From Chloroflexota bacterium (GTDB lineage Bacteria; Chloroflexota; Dehalococcoidia; Lucifugimonadales; UBA3495): a stretch of DNA of 64,000 nucleotides. Each line of letters begins with the position of its first letter. Positions within the stretch are counted from its first letter, which is position 1. The stretch is from positions 1,774 to 65,773 of the forward strand of contig VXOI01000216.1 of assembly GCA_009840175.1 (NCBI GenBank), given 5' to 3'. The position numbers and the translations under genes were made by a program. Below the pieces are notes generated by a model. The model was given only the letters and a program-made list of their open reading frames with translations. It had not been told where the DNA came from and searched no databases. Shown here one piece after another: positions 45,193 to 54,447 of the stretch.

Positions 45193-46284
45193 TTGAAGGC
45201 CGCCGTACTGTACGAACCCAAGACGCCTCTGGTGATTGAAGACGTCGAACTGGACGACCCCAAGGAGGGGGAGGTCCTGGTGAAAATAGGTGCCGCCGGC
45301 ATCTGCCGCAGCGACCGCCACTTCATGCACGGCGACGCCCCCATCGCCCTGCCCGTAGTGCTGGGCCACGAGGGCGCTGGCACCGTCGAGGCCGTTGGTC
45401 CTGGCGTCACCTCCGTCCGACCCGGCCAGCAAGTGATACTCTCCTTCGTCACCGCCTGCGGACGCTGCAACTCCTGCCTCTCGGGCAACTCCCAGGTCTG
45501 TGACATGCACATGGCCACCGGCCCCAATATGCTGGACGGCACCCAGCGTCTGCATAAGGGCGATACCCGCATCCACCACATGGGCAAGGTCGCCTGCTTC
45601 GCCGAGTATGCCGTCATCCCGGAAATGGGCTGCGTTCCCATTGATATGCCCACTCCGATGGCCCAGGCCGCCCTAATCGGCTGCTGCGTTCCCACCGGCG
45701 TCGGCGCGGTGGTCAACAGCGCCAGGGTAACGCCCGGCAGCTCCGTGGCCGTTGTCGGATGCGGTGGCGTGGGAATCAACGTCATCATGGGATCGGCCTT
45801 GGCCAACGCCACCACCATCATCGCCGTTGACCTGCGCGAGAGCCAGCTCGAGTTCGCCATGAAGTTCGGCGCGACCCACACCGTCAACGCCTCCGATGGC
45901 GACCCGGTGGCCCGCGTAAAGGAGCTCACGGGCGGCAGGGGCGCGGACTTCACCTTCGAGGTGGTGGGGGCGTCCCAGACCATCAAGAACGCCTACGACA
46001 TGACCGGAAAGTCTGGCGTCTGCACCTTGGTGGGCATTGCCCCCTTCGGTGCCGAGGCCCCCCTGAACGCCGTGGACATGGTGCGGATGGAAAAGACCGT
46101 GCGCGGCACCTACTACGGCTCCACCCACGCCCGAGTGGATATGCCCAAGTTCGCCGATCTCTACCACGCCGGCAAGCTCAACCTCGACGAGCTGGTGGTC
46201 CGCCGCTACACCCTCGACCAGATCAACGAGGCCTACGACGACATGGACAAGGGCGAAATCGGCCGCGGCGTAATCGTCTTCTAG
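45193..46284 (+). CDS. Zinc-dependent alcohol dehydrogenase (MDR family)
   Basis: GICRSD.H, GHEGAG, structural-Zn Cys cluster CGRCNSCLSGNSQVC, Rossmann motif VVGCGGVG. TTG start with a TAGGAG Shine-Dalgarno sequence. Confidence 0.9.
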   Translation: MKAAVLYEPKTPLVIEDVELDDPKEGEVLVKIGAAGICRSDRHFMHGDAPIALPVVLGHEGAGTVEAVGPGVTSVRPGQQVILSFVTACGRCNSCLSGNSQVCDMHMATGPNMLDGTQRLHKGDTRIHHMGKVACFAEYAVIPEMGCVPIDMPTPMAQAALIGCCVPTGVGAVVNSARVTPGSSVAVVGCGGVGINVIMGSALANATTIIAVDLRESQLEFAMKFGATHTVNASDGDPVARVKELTGGRGADFTFEVVGASQTIKNAYDMTGKSGVCTLVGIAPFGAEAPLNAVDMVRMEKTVRGTYYGSTHARVDMPKFADLYHAGKLNLDELVVRRYTLDQINEAYDDMDKGEIGRGVIVF

Positions 46285-46308
46285 CCGCCCCTCCAGCGGC
46301 AAAGCGAC

Positions 46309-46352
46309 AAAAATCCCCTCCCCCTTGATGGGGAGGGTTAGGGTGGGGTGGG
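46309..46352. repeat. REP-like hairpin repeat, family A copy 5 (variant)
   Basis: CCCTCCCC-CTTGAT-GGGGAGGG-TTA-GGGTGGGG. Confidence 0.7.
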
Positions 46353-46390
46353 ACACTACTTGCCAATATCGCCAGGGAAATTGCCATCCC

Positions 46391-46834
46391 ATGAGTAACC
46401 ATACAAGCAACATCACAGTCAAATTGGTGGAAACCGAAGAGGATATGGAAGCGGCGGTATCAATCCGCTTCCGTGTCTTCGTTGACGAGCAGTCAGTCCC
46501 TGCCGAGATAGAACTCGACGAGTACGACGCCGTAGCCACCCACGCCATCGCCTTGGAAGGCGGGCAAGCCGTCGGCACCGGGAGAACGTACTTCGAAGAC
46601 GGGGAGGCCCGCATAGGCCGCATGGCCGTAGACTTGTCACACCGGCGCCGAGGCGTAGGCGGCGTCATCCTGCGCTTCCTCGAAGAGGAAGCCAAGTCCC
46701 AGGGCGCAACCGAAATCGTCCTGCACGCCCAGGACTATGTGAAAGCCTTCTACGCCGCCCACGGCTACACCGAGCACGGCGACACCTTCATGGAAGCCGG
46801 CCTCCTCCACATCGAGATGCGGAAAAGCATATAA
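46391..46834 (+). CDS. GNAT family N-acetyltransferase
   Basis: RIGRMAVDLSHRRRGVGGVILRFLEEEA (acetyl-CoA motif). Start chosen at MSNHTSNITV. Confidence 0.85.
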   Translation: MSNHTSNITVKLVETEEDMEAAVSIRFRVFVDEQSVPAEIELDEYDAVATHAIALEGGQAVGTGRTYFEDGEARIGRMAVDLSHRRRGVGGVILRFLEEEAKSQGATEIVLHAQDYVKAFYAAHGYTEHGDTFMEAGLLHIEMRKSI

Positions 46835-46840
46835 AAGTGA

Positions 46841-46868
46841 AAGGCCGAGCAACTGCTCGGCCCCTTTC
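46841..46868. terminator. Hairpin between convergent genes
   Basis: GGCCGAGC-AACT-GCTCGGCC flanked by AAAGG and CCTTT. Confidence 0.55.
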
Positions 46869-46887
46869 AATCCCAGGTTGGCCTCAA

Positions 46888-47205
46888 TTACGCTACGCCC
46901 GCAGGCTCCAGCACGGTCTCGATGACCTTGACCTCGATCTTGGCGATGTGGCTGGTGGGCTTGTCGCCGAGAGCCTTGCGCTCGTCGGAGCCGAAGTAGG
47001 CCGCTTCCTTTTCAGGGATTTCGTCGGCGCTGTTGAAGTTGCGAATCCAGATGAACTCGTTGCGGTCGGCGTTCACGAAGGTGGCGGAAATCGGCATCCC
47101 GATCTTGTCGTGGATCGGGCGAATTTCCTCGTCGAACACCTTGAGCCAGGAGTCCATCATGCCCCGGTTGATGGTGTAAGTCCGCAGTTGAGCTACCATT
47201 GTCAT
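46888..47205 (-). CDS. NIPSNAP family protein
   Basis: 105 aa; LRTYTI......F.........G.....F.......NEFIWI is the NIPSNAP-like dimeric alpha-beta barrel pattern. Confidence 0.65.
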   Translation of the reverse strand: MTMVAQLRTYTINRGMMDSWLKVFDEEIRPIHDKIGMPISATFVNADRNEFIWIRNFNSADEIPEKEAAYFGSDERKALGDKPTSHIAKIEVKVIETVLEPAGVA

Positions 47206-47249
47206 CCCCCTCTATCCGTAGTTTTAATTTGCTTTGCGTGCGGTTCCCG

Positions 47250-48350
47250 TTACGCGACTGCGTAATGATTCAGCGTGTCCTGGTCGAAGGCCAGTCCCAG
47301 CCCGGGCTTGTTGGGCACTTCAAGAGAGCCGTCTACAAAGGCGGGAGTCTCCTCCCAAAGCCGCAGTGACCACGGCATATACTCCACCGTCAGGCCGTTG
47401 GGGATGGAGGCCATTAGCTGGATGTGTATCTCCGGCACCAGGTGGCTCACCACCGGCAGGTTGAAGGCCTCGGCCATCGCCGCCACCTTGCGCCACGGCG
47501 TGATGCCGCCCACCCGCAGCAGGTCAATCATCACGATGTCCACCGACTCGTTCTCGATAAGCTGCCGGAAGGGGTTGACCCCGTAGACGTACTCGCCGGA
47601 GCATATGGGGGTGTACAGCGCGTCGGCCACCTTGGCCATGCCCTGGTAGTCGTCGTGGGCCACTACGTCCTCCAGCCAGAACAGGTTGTAGTCCTCGACC
47701 CGGCGTCCCACGTCAATGGCGCGGTTGACGCTCCAGAGCTGGTTGATGTCGCACATCAGGTCAACGTCCTCGCCCACGGCGTCGCGCAGGGTGCGGATGC
47801 GGTCCACTTCACGGCTGGCCAGTGGTTCCGCGCCCATCTGCGTCTTCATCTGCCGGAAGCCCTTCTCCACCAGCATCGGCCCGATTTCAGCCAGCCGCTC
47901 CACGTTCACCGGGCGCATCAGCGCGCCGCTGGCATAGGTGGGGACGCTCTTGCGGTAGCCGCCCAGCAGCGACGCCACCGTCTGCCCCAGGGCCTTGCCC
48001 TTGATGTCCCACAGGGCCATGTCCACCGCGGCCAGGGCCATGGTCAGCAGCCCGCCCGGCCCGGCGCCGGATGTGGCCTCCTGTATCCTACCGACGATGC
48101 CCTCTATCTCCATAGGGTCCTCGCCGATGGTCAGCTCGGCCAGCGCGTCCACCGACATACGCAACGCCCCGGCCACCGGGCTGGCCGAGAGTGCGGGAAC
48201 GAAGGTTAATCCCACGCCGTCTATCCCTTCGTCGGTGGTCATTTCCAGCGTTACGAATGCCCGCTGCCGCCCGGTGTCGGGCAGGCTGTTGGCCAGAGGA
48301 TCGTCGGCGGGAGTGTGGAGGAGGCGGGTCTGATATCCGGTAACTTTCAT
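47250..48350 (-). CDS. Enolase-superfamily enzyme (mandelate racemase/muconate lactonizing family)
   Basis: N-terminal capping domain plus a barrel with metal-ligand contexts LMCDINQ, FWLEDV, MIDLLRVGGIT. Confidence 0.85.
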   Translation of the reverse strand: MKVTGYQTRLLHTPADDPLANSLPDTGRQRAFVTLEMTTDEGIDGVGLTFVPALSASPVAGALRMSVDALAELTIGEDPMEIEGIVGRIQEATSGAGPGGLLTMALAAVDMALWDIKGKALGQTVASLLGGYRKSVPTYASGALMRPVNVERLAEIGPMLVEKGFRQMKTQMGAEPLASREVDRIRTLRDAVGEDVDLMCDINQLWSVNRAIDVGRRVEDYNLFWLEDVVAHDDYQGMAKVADALYTPICSGEYVYGVNPFRQLIENESVDIVMIDLLRVGGITPWRKVAAMAEAFNLPVVSHLVPEIHIQLMASIPNGLTVEYMPWSLRLWEETPAFVDGSLEVPNKPGLGLAFDQDTLNHYAVA

Positions 48351-48421
48351 GGCAGAGCATCCCTAATCGGTATCTGAAAGGCCTGGGCCATTCTATCACA
48401 ACAGCAGTTTGTCTATGGGGG

Positions 48422-48480
48422 TTGACAGCCTTTCGGCACGGCAATATACTCAATGGAGTTTAGTATTGCTGATTGAGTAT
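48422..48480 (+). promoter_or_regulatory. Near-consensus sigma70-type promoter with an overlapping inverted repeat (candidate PadR operator)
   Basis: TTGACA (48422-48427), 17 nt spacer, TATACT (48445-48450). 9 bp inverted repeat ATACTCAAT (48446-48454) and ATTGAGTAT (48472-48480), immediately upstream of the padR-like start at 48492. Confidence 0.55.
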
Positions 48481-48491
48481 TAGAGGCCGAC

Positions 48492-48869
48492 ATGAGTGGA
48501 ATGAAGAGTGAAGAGTATTGGGAGAACCTGGTGAAGAAAAGCCTTTGCCGGTTCCTGCTGCTCTCCCAACTGGCCAAGGGCCCGCTGCACGGGTACGCGG
48601 TAAATCAGGCTATCAAGGATGCCTGCAACGGCTGCTGCGAGCCTACTGAGGCGATGGTGTACTCGACCATGAAGGAACTCCAGGACAACGGCTACGTGGA
48701 GAGCCGGATGGAGGAACATCAGGGCCGCCGCCGCCGCGTCTGCTGGCTCACTCCGACGGGCGAGGAGGCCTTTCAGTCCGCCGCCCGTGTCTGGGAGCGG
48801 ATGCTGCCCGCAATACAGGACTGCGTGGCCCAAGCCCTCTACACTGCACCAGTGGAGGTCAAAGTTTAG
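48492..48869 (+). CDS. PadR family transcriptional regulator
   Basis: Winged-helix LLLLSQLAKGPLHGYAV and ...LQDNGYVES. Confidence 0.85.
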   Translation: MSGMKSEEYWENLVKKSLCRFLLLSQLAKGPLHGYAVNQAIKDACNGCCEPTEAMVYSTMKELQDNGYVESRMEEHQGRRRRVCWLTPTGEEAFQSAARVWERMLPAIQDCVAQALYTAPVEVKV

Positions 48870-48943
48870 AAGAACAGCACGCCTATGATTGTGGCAATAG
48901 CCAACCAAAACAGAAACACCGAACAAGCAAAGGAGGCAAACCA

Positions 48944-49762
48944 ATGGTTACAAATCAGAACGACATCAAGGAACTGGTACGGGAGCGCTACGGGGCGCGA
49001 GCTCAACGGGTTATCGAGCTTAGCCCGGTGATGGAACCCGCTGCCGAAGAACAGACCGACGGTTGCGGCTGTAACGTCGCTTCCGCCTGCTGCGGCCCCG
49101 AGGACATGGAACACGCCATGCGCCTGTACAACGACGGCCAGCTTGCCGGGCTGCCCGCCGAGTCCATCGCGGCGTCCGCAGGTTGCGGCAACCCCACAGC
49201 CCTGGCCGGACTCCAACCCGGCGAGCGGGTGCTGGATTTGGGCTCCGGCGGCGGCATTGACTGCTTCCTATCGGCCCAGCAGGTCGGCGAGACCGGGCGC
49301 GTTACCGGCTTGGACATGACGCCGTCCATGCTGGAGTTGGCCCGCAAGAACCGGGACAACCTCGGCTTCACCAACGTTGAGTTCGTCCAGGGAGAGATAG
49401 AGGCCATGCCTCTGCCCAGCGATTCCTATGACGTTATCATCTCCAACTGCGTTGTCTGCCTGTCCCCGGACAAGGATGCCGTGTTCAGCGAGAGCTTCCG
49501 GGTGCTGGCTCCCGGCGGGCGCATCCACCTGTCCGACGTGCTGGCCCTGACGCCCCAAGGCCCGGCGGTCACCGACGCAGAGAGCTGGGTTGCCTGCGCT
49601 GCGGGAGCCGAGTTCCACGAGGTCTACACCGACCGACTGCGCCGGGCCGGGTTCGAGGACATCGAAGTCAACGGTGAGGGCGTCGAGTTCTGGGACGAGT
49701 CGGAAAAGACTACTTACACCAACACCGCCAGCTTCAAGGTGACGGCTCGGAAGCCTGTGTAG
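48944..49762 (+). CDS. arsM: ArsM-like arsenite S-adenosylmethionine methyltransferase
   Basis: VRERYG N-terminus, Cys-rich GCGCN..ACCG, GCGNPTA, SAM motif VLDLGSGGGIDCF, SNCVVCLSPDK, and a later VACAAGAE Cys. Confidence 0.75.
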   Translation: MVTNQNDIKELVRERYGARAQRVIELSPVMEPAAEEQTDGCGCNVASACCGPEDMEHAMRLYNDGQLAGLPAESIAASAGCGNPTALAGLQPGERVLDLGSGGGIDCFLSAQQVGETGRVTGLDMTPSMLELARKNRDNLGFTNVEFVQGEIEAMPLPSDSYDVIISNCVVCLSPDKDAVFSESFRVLAPGGRIHLSDVLALTPQGPAVTDAESWVACAAGAEFHEVYTDRLRRAGFEDIEVNGEGVEFWDESEKTTYTNTASFKVTARKPV

Positions 49763-49813
49763 ATGGTTGGGTTTTCAGCATGAGCTGGCACGTCTTGTCG
49801 GCTGTATCCACGG

Positions 49814-49839
49814 AAGGGGCGCGGAACTCTGCGCCCCTT
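49814..49839. terminator. Hairpin between convergent genes
   Basis: AAGGGGCGC-GGAACTCT-GCGCCCCTT followed by CGTTTTGC. Confidence 0.55.
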
Positions 49840-49853
49840 CGTTTTGCATTGCG

Positions 49854-50573
49854 TCAATAGTATTTGATGGTCTTGAACGCTTCGGCGTATTTCAGGCCTA
49901 CCTTGGCGGCCGTTTCTGCTCTGCCAATGGGGAAATACTTTTCGGCGGCTTCGGGAGAGACTTGCGACTTGTGGGCCTTGAGGGCTTCGACGGCGGTGTC
50001 CAAGTAGCCGTCCACGTCTATGAAGCGGTCCGAGCCTTCCAGCCCGCCGACAATCCAGACCTCTCGCACCTTGTGCGGTTCCAGCCCTTCCTCCAGCAGT
50101 TCCGGGAAGGTCAGCCTGTCGCGGGCCGTCGGGAAGACAGCGGCCAGTGCAGCCTCGCCCGTCGCCAGGTGGTCGGGGTGGCTGCCGTAATAGCGGCTGT
50201 CTATGTCGCGGGTAGGCGGCTCGGTGATGACAATATCAGGCCGGTGGCGGCGTATCTCTCGCGCTATGTCCTTACGAAGTTGCAGCGTCGGCTCCAAGTA
50301 AGAGTCGGGGTAACCCAGGAACACCACATCCTTGAGACCCAGGACGCGGGCCGACTCCTTCTGCTCTTCAGCGCGAATCTTTGCCAGACGCTCCGAGGTC
50401 ATATCCGGGTCGTCGCTGCCCTTGGAGCCGTCGGTGCAGAGCACCAGCACCACTTCCCAGCCTTCGGCGCAGAATTTGGCCAGCGTTGCCGCGCAGGTCC
50501 ACTCCATATCGTCGGCGTGGGCCATGACGACCATCGCCCGGCTGTACGGTTCTTCCCTTTCCGAGTCCGCCAT
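49854..50573 (-). CDS. PIG-L/LmbE family deacetylase
   Basis: VVMAHADDME (the zinc-binding AHPDD-like motif) and the later HPDH. Confidence 0.85.
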   Translation of the reverse strand: MADSEREEPYSRAMVVMAHADDMEWTCAATLAKFCAEGWEVVLVLCTDGSKGSDDPDMTSERLAKIRAEEQKESARVLGLKDVVFLGYPDSYLEPTLQLRKDIAREIRRHRPDIVITEPPTRDIDSRYYGSHPDHLATGEAALAAVFPTARDRLTFPELLEEGLEPHKVREVWIVGGLEGSDRFIDVDGYLDTAVEALKAHKSQVSPEAAEKYFPIGRAETAAKVGLKYAEAFKTIKYY

Positions 50574-50718
50574 CTTTACTTCCTTGTTTATCTCTAATCA
50601 ATGTGTCGGCAATGGTAAACAGGTTAACGTACAGACCTGACAGTTTCCAGACAATGTTGTCATGGGTGTACACGGGTGATAGCCTGCGATTATGGAAGTC
50701 CACCGGAGGGAGCGTTGA

Positions 50719-51126
50719 ATGGCAAGGCTGTGGGCGATGACCGTCGACTTCGATTCCGTTGCGGTGGGCGACACGCTGCCAGTCCTTATCAAGTGGGAGA
50801 CGGAGGAGAGTATCCGGCGATACGCCGCGCTCCACGGCGAGGAAGCCGAAGGAGCAGTGCCCGAAGCCCTGCCCGCCAGGACGGTAGAGGGATATGTGAC
50901 CGAGCTTTTGAGCAAGGGCTTTCCCCTCGAACGCCTGGAAGCCGAGGGCAGCAGCGTCGCCGTGGAACACCTGCAACCCGTCCTCGCCAACGACACTATC
51001 AGCCTCTCGGGTCTGGTCGTAGACAGACACACGACGGACGGGCTGCGCCTCGTCGAGTGCGCCGTGGCCGTTGAGAACGACCGGGGCGAAGCCGTGGCCC
51101 GCGCCCGCGCCGTCGTCAGTTTGTGA
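50719..51126 (+). CDS. Hotdog-fold (MaoC dehydratase-like) protein
   Basis: About 130 aa ending in the long-helix/beta-sheet pattern ...TISLSGLVVDRHTTDGLRLVECAVAVENDRGEAVARARAVV. Confidence 0.6.
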   Translation: MARLWAMTVDFDSVAVGDTLPVLIKWETEESIRRYAALHGEEAEGAVPEALPARTVEGYVTELLSKGFPLERLEAEGSSVAVEHLQPVLANDTISLSGLVVDRHTTDGLRLVECAVAVENDRGEAVARARAVVSL

Positions 51127-51132
51127 CCGAGG

Positions 51133-51921
51133 CTACGCCTTCTCCAGCACCACCGGGTTGGACAACACGCCGATGCCCGGTATCTCCACCTCCACGAGGT
51201 CGCCGTCCTTCAGCGCTACAGTGACGCCCGTTGACCCGGAGAAAACCATGTCGCCCGGCTGCAAGGTTATCTGCTGGCTGATGTAGCTGACTATTTCGGC
51301 GAAAGTGAACAGCATCTCTTCAGTGTACCCGTGCTGCACTTCCTCGCCGTTCAGCCGCACTATCATTTCCAGTGCCTGCGGGTTGATGTCGGTCTCGATC
51401 CACGGGCCGACTGGGGCGAAGGTATCCGCGCCCTTGGCCCGCCAGAAGGTCCAGTCATCCTTCTGCCACGCCCGTTCCGAAACGTCGTTGCCGCAACTGT
51501 AGCCGAAGATGTAGCCGCCCGCTTCCTGGGGGCTGACCCGGCGGCAGGGCTTGCCGATTATGGCGACGGCCTCGCCCTCGTAATGGACTTCGCCGGAAGT
51601 ATCGTGGGGCAGGATGATGTTCTCCCCGGTGCCGGTTAGGGAATTGCGGGCCTTGATCCACGGCTCCGGGTGCTCCGGCACGTGGGGATCTTCGTCGCCC
51701 AGCACCCCGGCGGCGAACTCCAGGTGATTGGCGAAGTTCAGTCCTGGCCCCCAGATTTCCTTGGGGTCAGTCGGGGCCAGCAACTTCACGTCGGCCAGCT
51801 TGCGCCGCTCTCCGCTTGCCTTGAAATCGGAGAAGATGTCGCCCTCAATCTCGACGACCTCGTCGCCCTCGACTACGCCGTGGGCAATGTGTCCATTGCT
51901 CTGGAACCTTGCAATTTTCAT
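51133..51921 (-). CDS. Fumarylacetoacetate hydrolase (FAH) family protein
   Basis: MKIARF start; YEGEAVAIIGK, GYSCGNDVSER, PGDMVFSGSTGV. Confidence 0.9.
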   Translation of the reverse strand: MKIARFQSNGHIAHGVVEGDEVVEIEGDIFSDFKASGERRKLADVKLLAPTDPKEIWGPGLNFANHLEFAAGVLGDEDPHVPEHPEPWIKARNSLTGTGENIILPHDTSGEVHYEGEAVAIIGKPCRRVSPQEAGGYIFGYSCGNDVSERAWQKDDWTFWRAKGADTFAPVGPWIETDINPQALEMIVRLNGEEVQHGYTEEMLFTFAEIVSYISQQITLQPGDMVFSGSTGVTVALKDGDLVEVEIPGIGVLSNPVVLEKA

Positions 51922-52540
51922 GTGAGATTCTCTCCATCCGGTATCGAGATAATTAATCTGCCAAGAATTTAGCGGCTGGGGACGGCTCTGGCAACCTGCC
52001 AAAACTCGTGATGGAGGGAGAAGACAATTGGACAGGGGGATCTGGCGATGGCCTGCGGGACCGGGAAAGCGAGCCGAGGCGGGGGCACCGGGTCCTGATT
52101 ACCGGAGACAGCGTGGGAAAACCGGGACAGAATTTTCCCCGACTGTTCCCATGTTGTCCCATTTTTCCCATTCCGAGAGCATCGAACGGCGGGTTTTGTA
52201 TCTGAATTTCTGGGTTCGTTGGCCTACAGGACTGAAATTTTCGATTTCGGCCCCAATGTTCCTCCTTTGTCCTATTGGAGAGGAACGGGGCCGGCCGAAG
52301 CGCCGGATTGGTCTCCGGCGGGCCCAGAGACGAAGATACTTTGGGCAGGCGGCACCATAGAACAACTGTACGATATACTGATAGAGTTGGCAAGAACCGG
52401 ATGCTCTCTGGTTTCCAGATGCGATTGCCCTACCCCGTCATGCTGGTTCCATAGCTCTCTCACGGATGGCAAATCTGGTATACAATAGTGTGCCGACAAA
52501 GCAAGGCCCCAAGGCGGGCCTCCAACCGCAAGGAGCAATC

Positions 52541-53551
52541 GTGAAGCTGGGATTCTTTGTAACCAACCAGTACCTGCCCGGCGAGTCCATGACGGAAAAG
52601 ATTCAGGACAGCGTGGAACAGGTGGCCGCGGCCCGGGATGCCGGGTTCAGCCTCATCGCCACCGGGCAGCATTACCTGGCCGCGCCCTACCAGATGAGCA
52701 CCGTGTTCCCGTTGCTGTCCCGCCTGGCCGCTGAGTCCGGCGATATGCAGGTGGCCGCCACGGTGTTGCTATTGCCATTGCACAACCCGGTCGAGTTGGC
52801 CGAAAGCATCGCCACCCTCGACTGCATCACCGGCGGAAGGTTCGTCTTTGGTATCGGTCTGGGCTACCGGGATGAAGAGTACACTGCCTTCGGGGTTAAG
52901 CGCGAAGAGCGCGTGGGGCGGATGAACGAGTCGCTGGACATAATCAAGCGGCTCTGGGTGGAAGACGAGCTGGAGTACGAGGGCAAGTACTACACCATCC
53001 CGAAGACGGAACTTGCCAACCGCCCGGTGCAGCTACCTCATCCGCTCATATGGGTGGCCGCGAACAACGACGTAGCCATCCGCCGCGCCGCCCGGTGGGG
53101 GTATCCGTGGCTGATCAATCCTCACGCCACGGTGTCTATGGTCGCCGACCAGTGGACACGCTACACGGACGCGCTGGAGCACTTCGGCAATCCGGTACCC
53201 GTCGACCTGCCGATGATGCGCGAGATGTACGTGGCCGCCGACCGCGAAACGGCCTACATTGAGAGTCAGCCCTACCTTGAGGGCAAGTACGCGGCCTACG
53301 CTTCATGGGGCCAGGACAAGGCACTGCCCGGTGAAGAATCCTTCTCCGTTCCCTACCAGGACCTGGCGAGGGACCGCTTCCTGCTGGGCTCTCCCGGCGA
53401 CGTGGTGTCGGAACTCAAGCGCTACTCGGAAGAATTGGGCGTAAACATGATGATCTTCCGGATGCAGTGGCCCGGAATGCCCCAGGAGCAGGTGCTGAAG
53501 CAAATCGAGCTACTGGGCCGCGAGGTCATCCCGCAGATAGCGGACTTCTAG
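52541..53551 (+). CDS. LLM-class flavin-dependent oxidoreductase
   Basis: GTG at 52541 preceded by AAGGAG (VKLGFFVTNQY). GFSLIATGQHY, RFVFGIGLGY, LLGSPGDVVSEL. Confidence 0.85.
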   Translation: MKLGFFVTNQYLPGESMTEKIQDSVEQVAAARDAGFSLIATGQHYLAAPYQMSTVFPLLSRLAAESGDMQVAATVLLLPLHNPVELAESIATLDCITGGRFVFGIGLGYRDEEYTAFGVKREERVGRMNESLDIIKRLWVEDELEYEGKYYTIPKTELANRPVQLPHPLIWVAANNDVAIRRAARWGYPWLINPHATVSMVADQWTRYTDALEHFGNPVPVDLPMMREMYVAADRETAYIESQPYLEGKYAAYASWGQDKALPGEESFSVPYQDLARDRFLLGSPGDVVSELKRYSEELGVNMMIFRMQWPGMPQEQVLKQIELLGREVIPQIADF

Positions 53552-53618
53552 TTCCGCCTATGCGGGCAGCCCGTGGCGTCAACCCGGCAAAATCCCCGGC
53601 CTTAGCCGGAGGCTCGCA

Positions 53619-54404
53619 ATGACCACCAAGACATCTACAGGCGCGGGCAGGCTGGTCTATCAGTGGATTACTGAAATAGACTACGCCAGCCTGGAATATA
53701 ACCCGGACAAACCCGAGGCCCCGCCTGACGCTATGGAACAAGACCCGATACTGCGGGATTTCATGCACGTGCTGGCTGACCACTGCACCGAGTCCGACCG
53801 CAGCCCCGACAACTTTCTGAGTACCAACACAATCCTCTGCTACGACCGCAGCAACCTGAACGCGCGGGTACAGCCTGACTGCTATCTGGCCTTTGGAGTG
53901 GATGTCCGGGCCATCCGGCGGCGGAAGATGTACATGCCATGGGAAGTCGGGAAGCCGCCGGACTTTGCCCTAGAAGTCGGCTCCGAAAGCACCAGCGAAA
54001 ACGACATCGGCAGGAAACGGGAAATCTACGCCCTGATGGGCATCCCGGAATACTGGCTGTTTGACCCCACCGGCAGCGACCTGTACGGGCAGCCCTTGTT
54101 CGGCGGGCTGTTGGCGGACGGCGCATACCGACCATTGGAATTGACCACCGATCCCGACGGCATTCTAAAGGGATACAGCCCGATTCTGGAGTTATACCTG
54201 TGCTGGGACGAAGGACTGTTGCTTTTCTTCGATCCCGTAACCGCAACCTATCTCAGGAATTTGCGCCAAGAGAGGGCGCTGCGCGAAGCAGAACAGGAAC
54301 GTACTCAGGCCGAACTGAGCGCGGAGCGAGATGCACGTGAAGTGGAACAGGCGCGAATTAGGCATCTGGAAGAAGAATTGCGCCGCTTGAGGCAAGGCGG
54401 GTAA
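53619..54404 (+). CDS. Uma2 family (DUF820) PD-(D/E)xK endonuclease
   Basis: PDCYLAFGV...PDFALEVGSESTSENDIGRKREIYALMGIPEYWLFDP, plus a C-terminal coiled-coil tail. Confidence 0.85.
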   Translation: MTTKTSTGAGRLVYQWITEIDYASLEYNPDKPEAPPDAMEQDPILRDFMHVLADHCTESDRSPDNFLSTNTILCYDRSNLNARVQPDCYLAFGVDVRAIRRRKMYMPWEVGKPPDFALEVGSESTSENDIGRKREIYALMGIPEYWLFDPTGSDLYGQPLFGGLLADGAYRPLELTTDPDGILKGYSPILELYLCWDEGLLLFFDPVTATYLRNLRQERALREAEQERTQAELSAERDAREVEQARIRHLEEELRRLRQGG

Positions 54405-54447
54405 GCCAGCGAGAAGCGGCCAAAGCCACCAGCATTATAAACAGTAG

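Noticed and set aside
52213-52222. GGTTCGTTGG here, and GGTTCGATGG on the opposite strand at 9756-9765, as tRNA T-loop remnants or an integration (att) site.
   Set aside because: I could fold no acceptor, D or anticodon arms around either site, and no integrase is nearby.
52270-52335. GGAGAGG...CCGAAG strings reminiscent of a glycine riboswitch.
   Set aside because: Only fragments of the consensus are present, the tandem-aptamer architecture is missing, and the downstream gene is an LLM oxidoreductase rather than a glycine-cleavage or transport gene.
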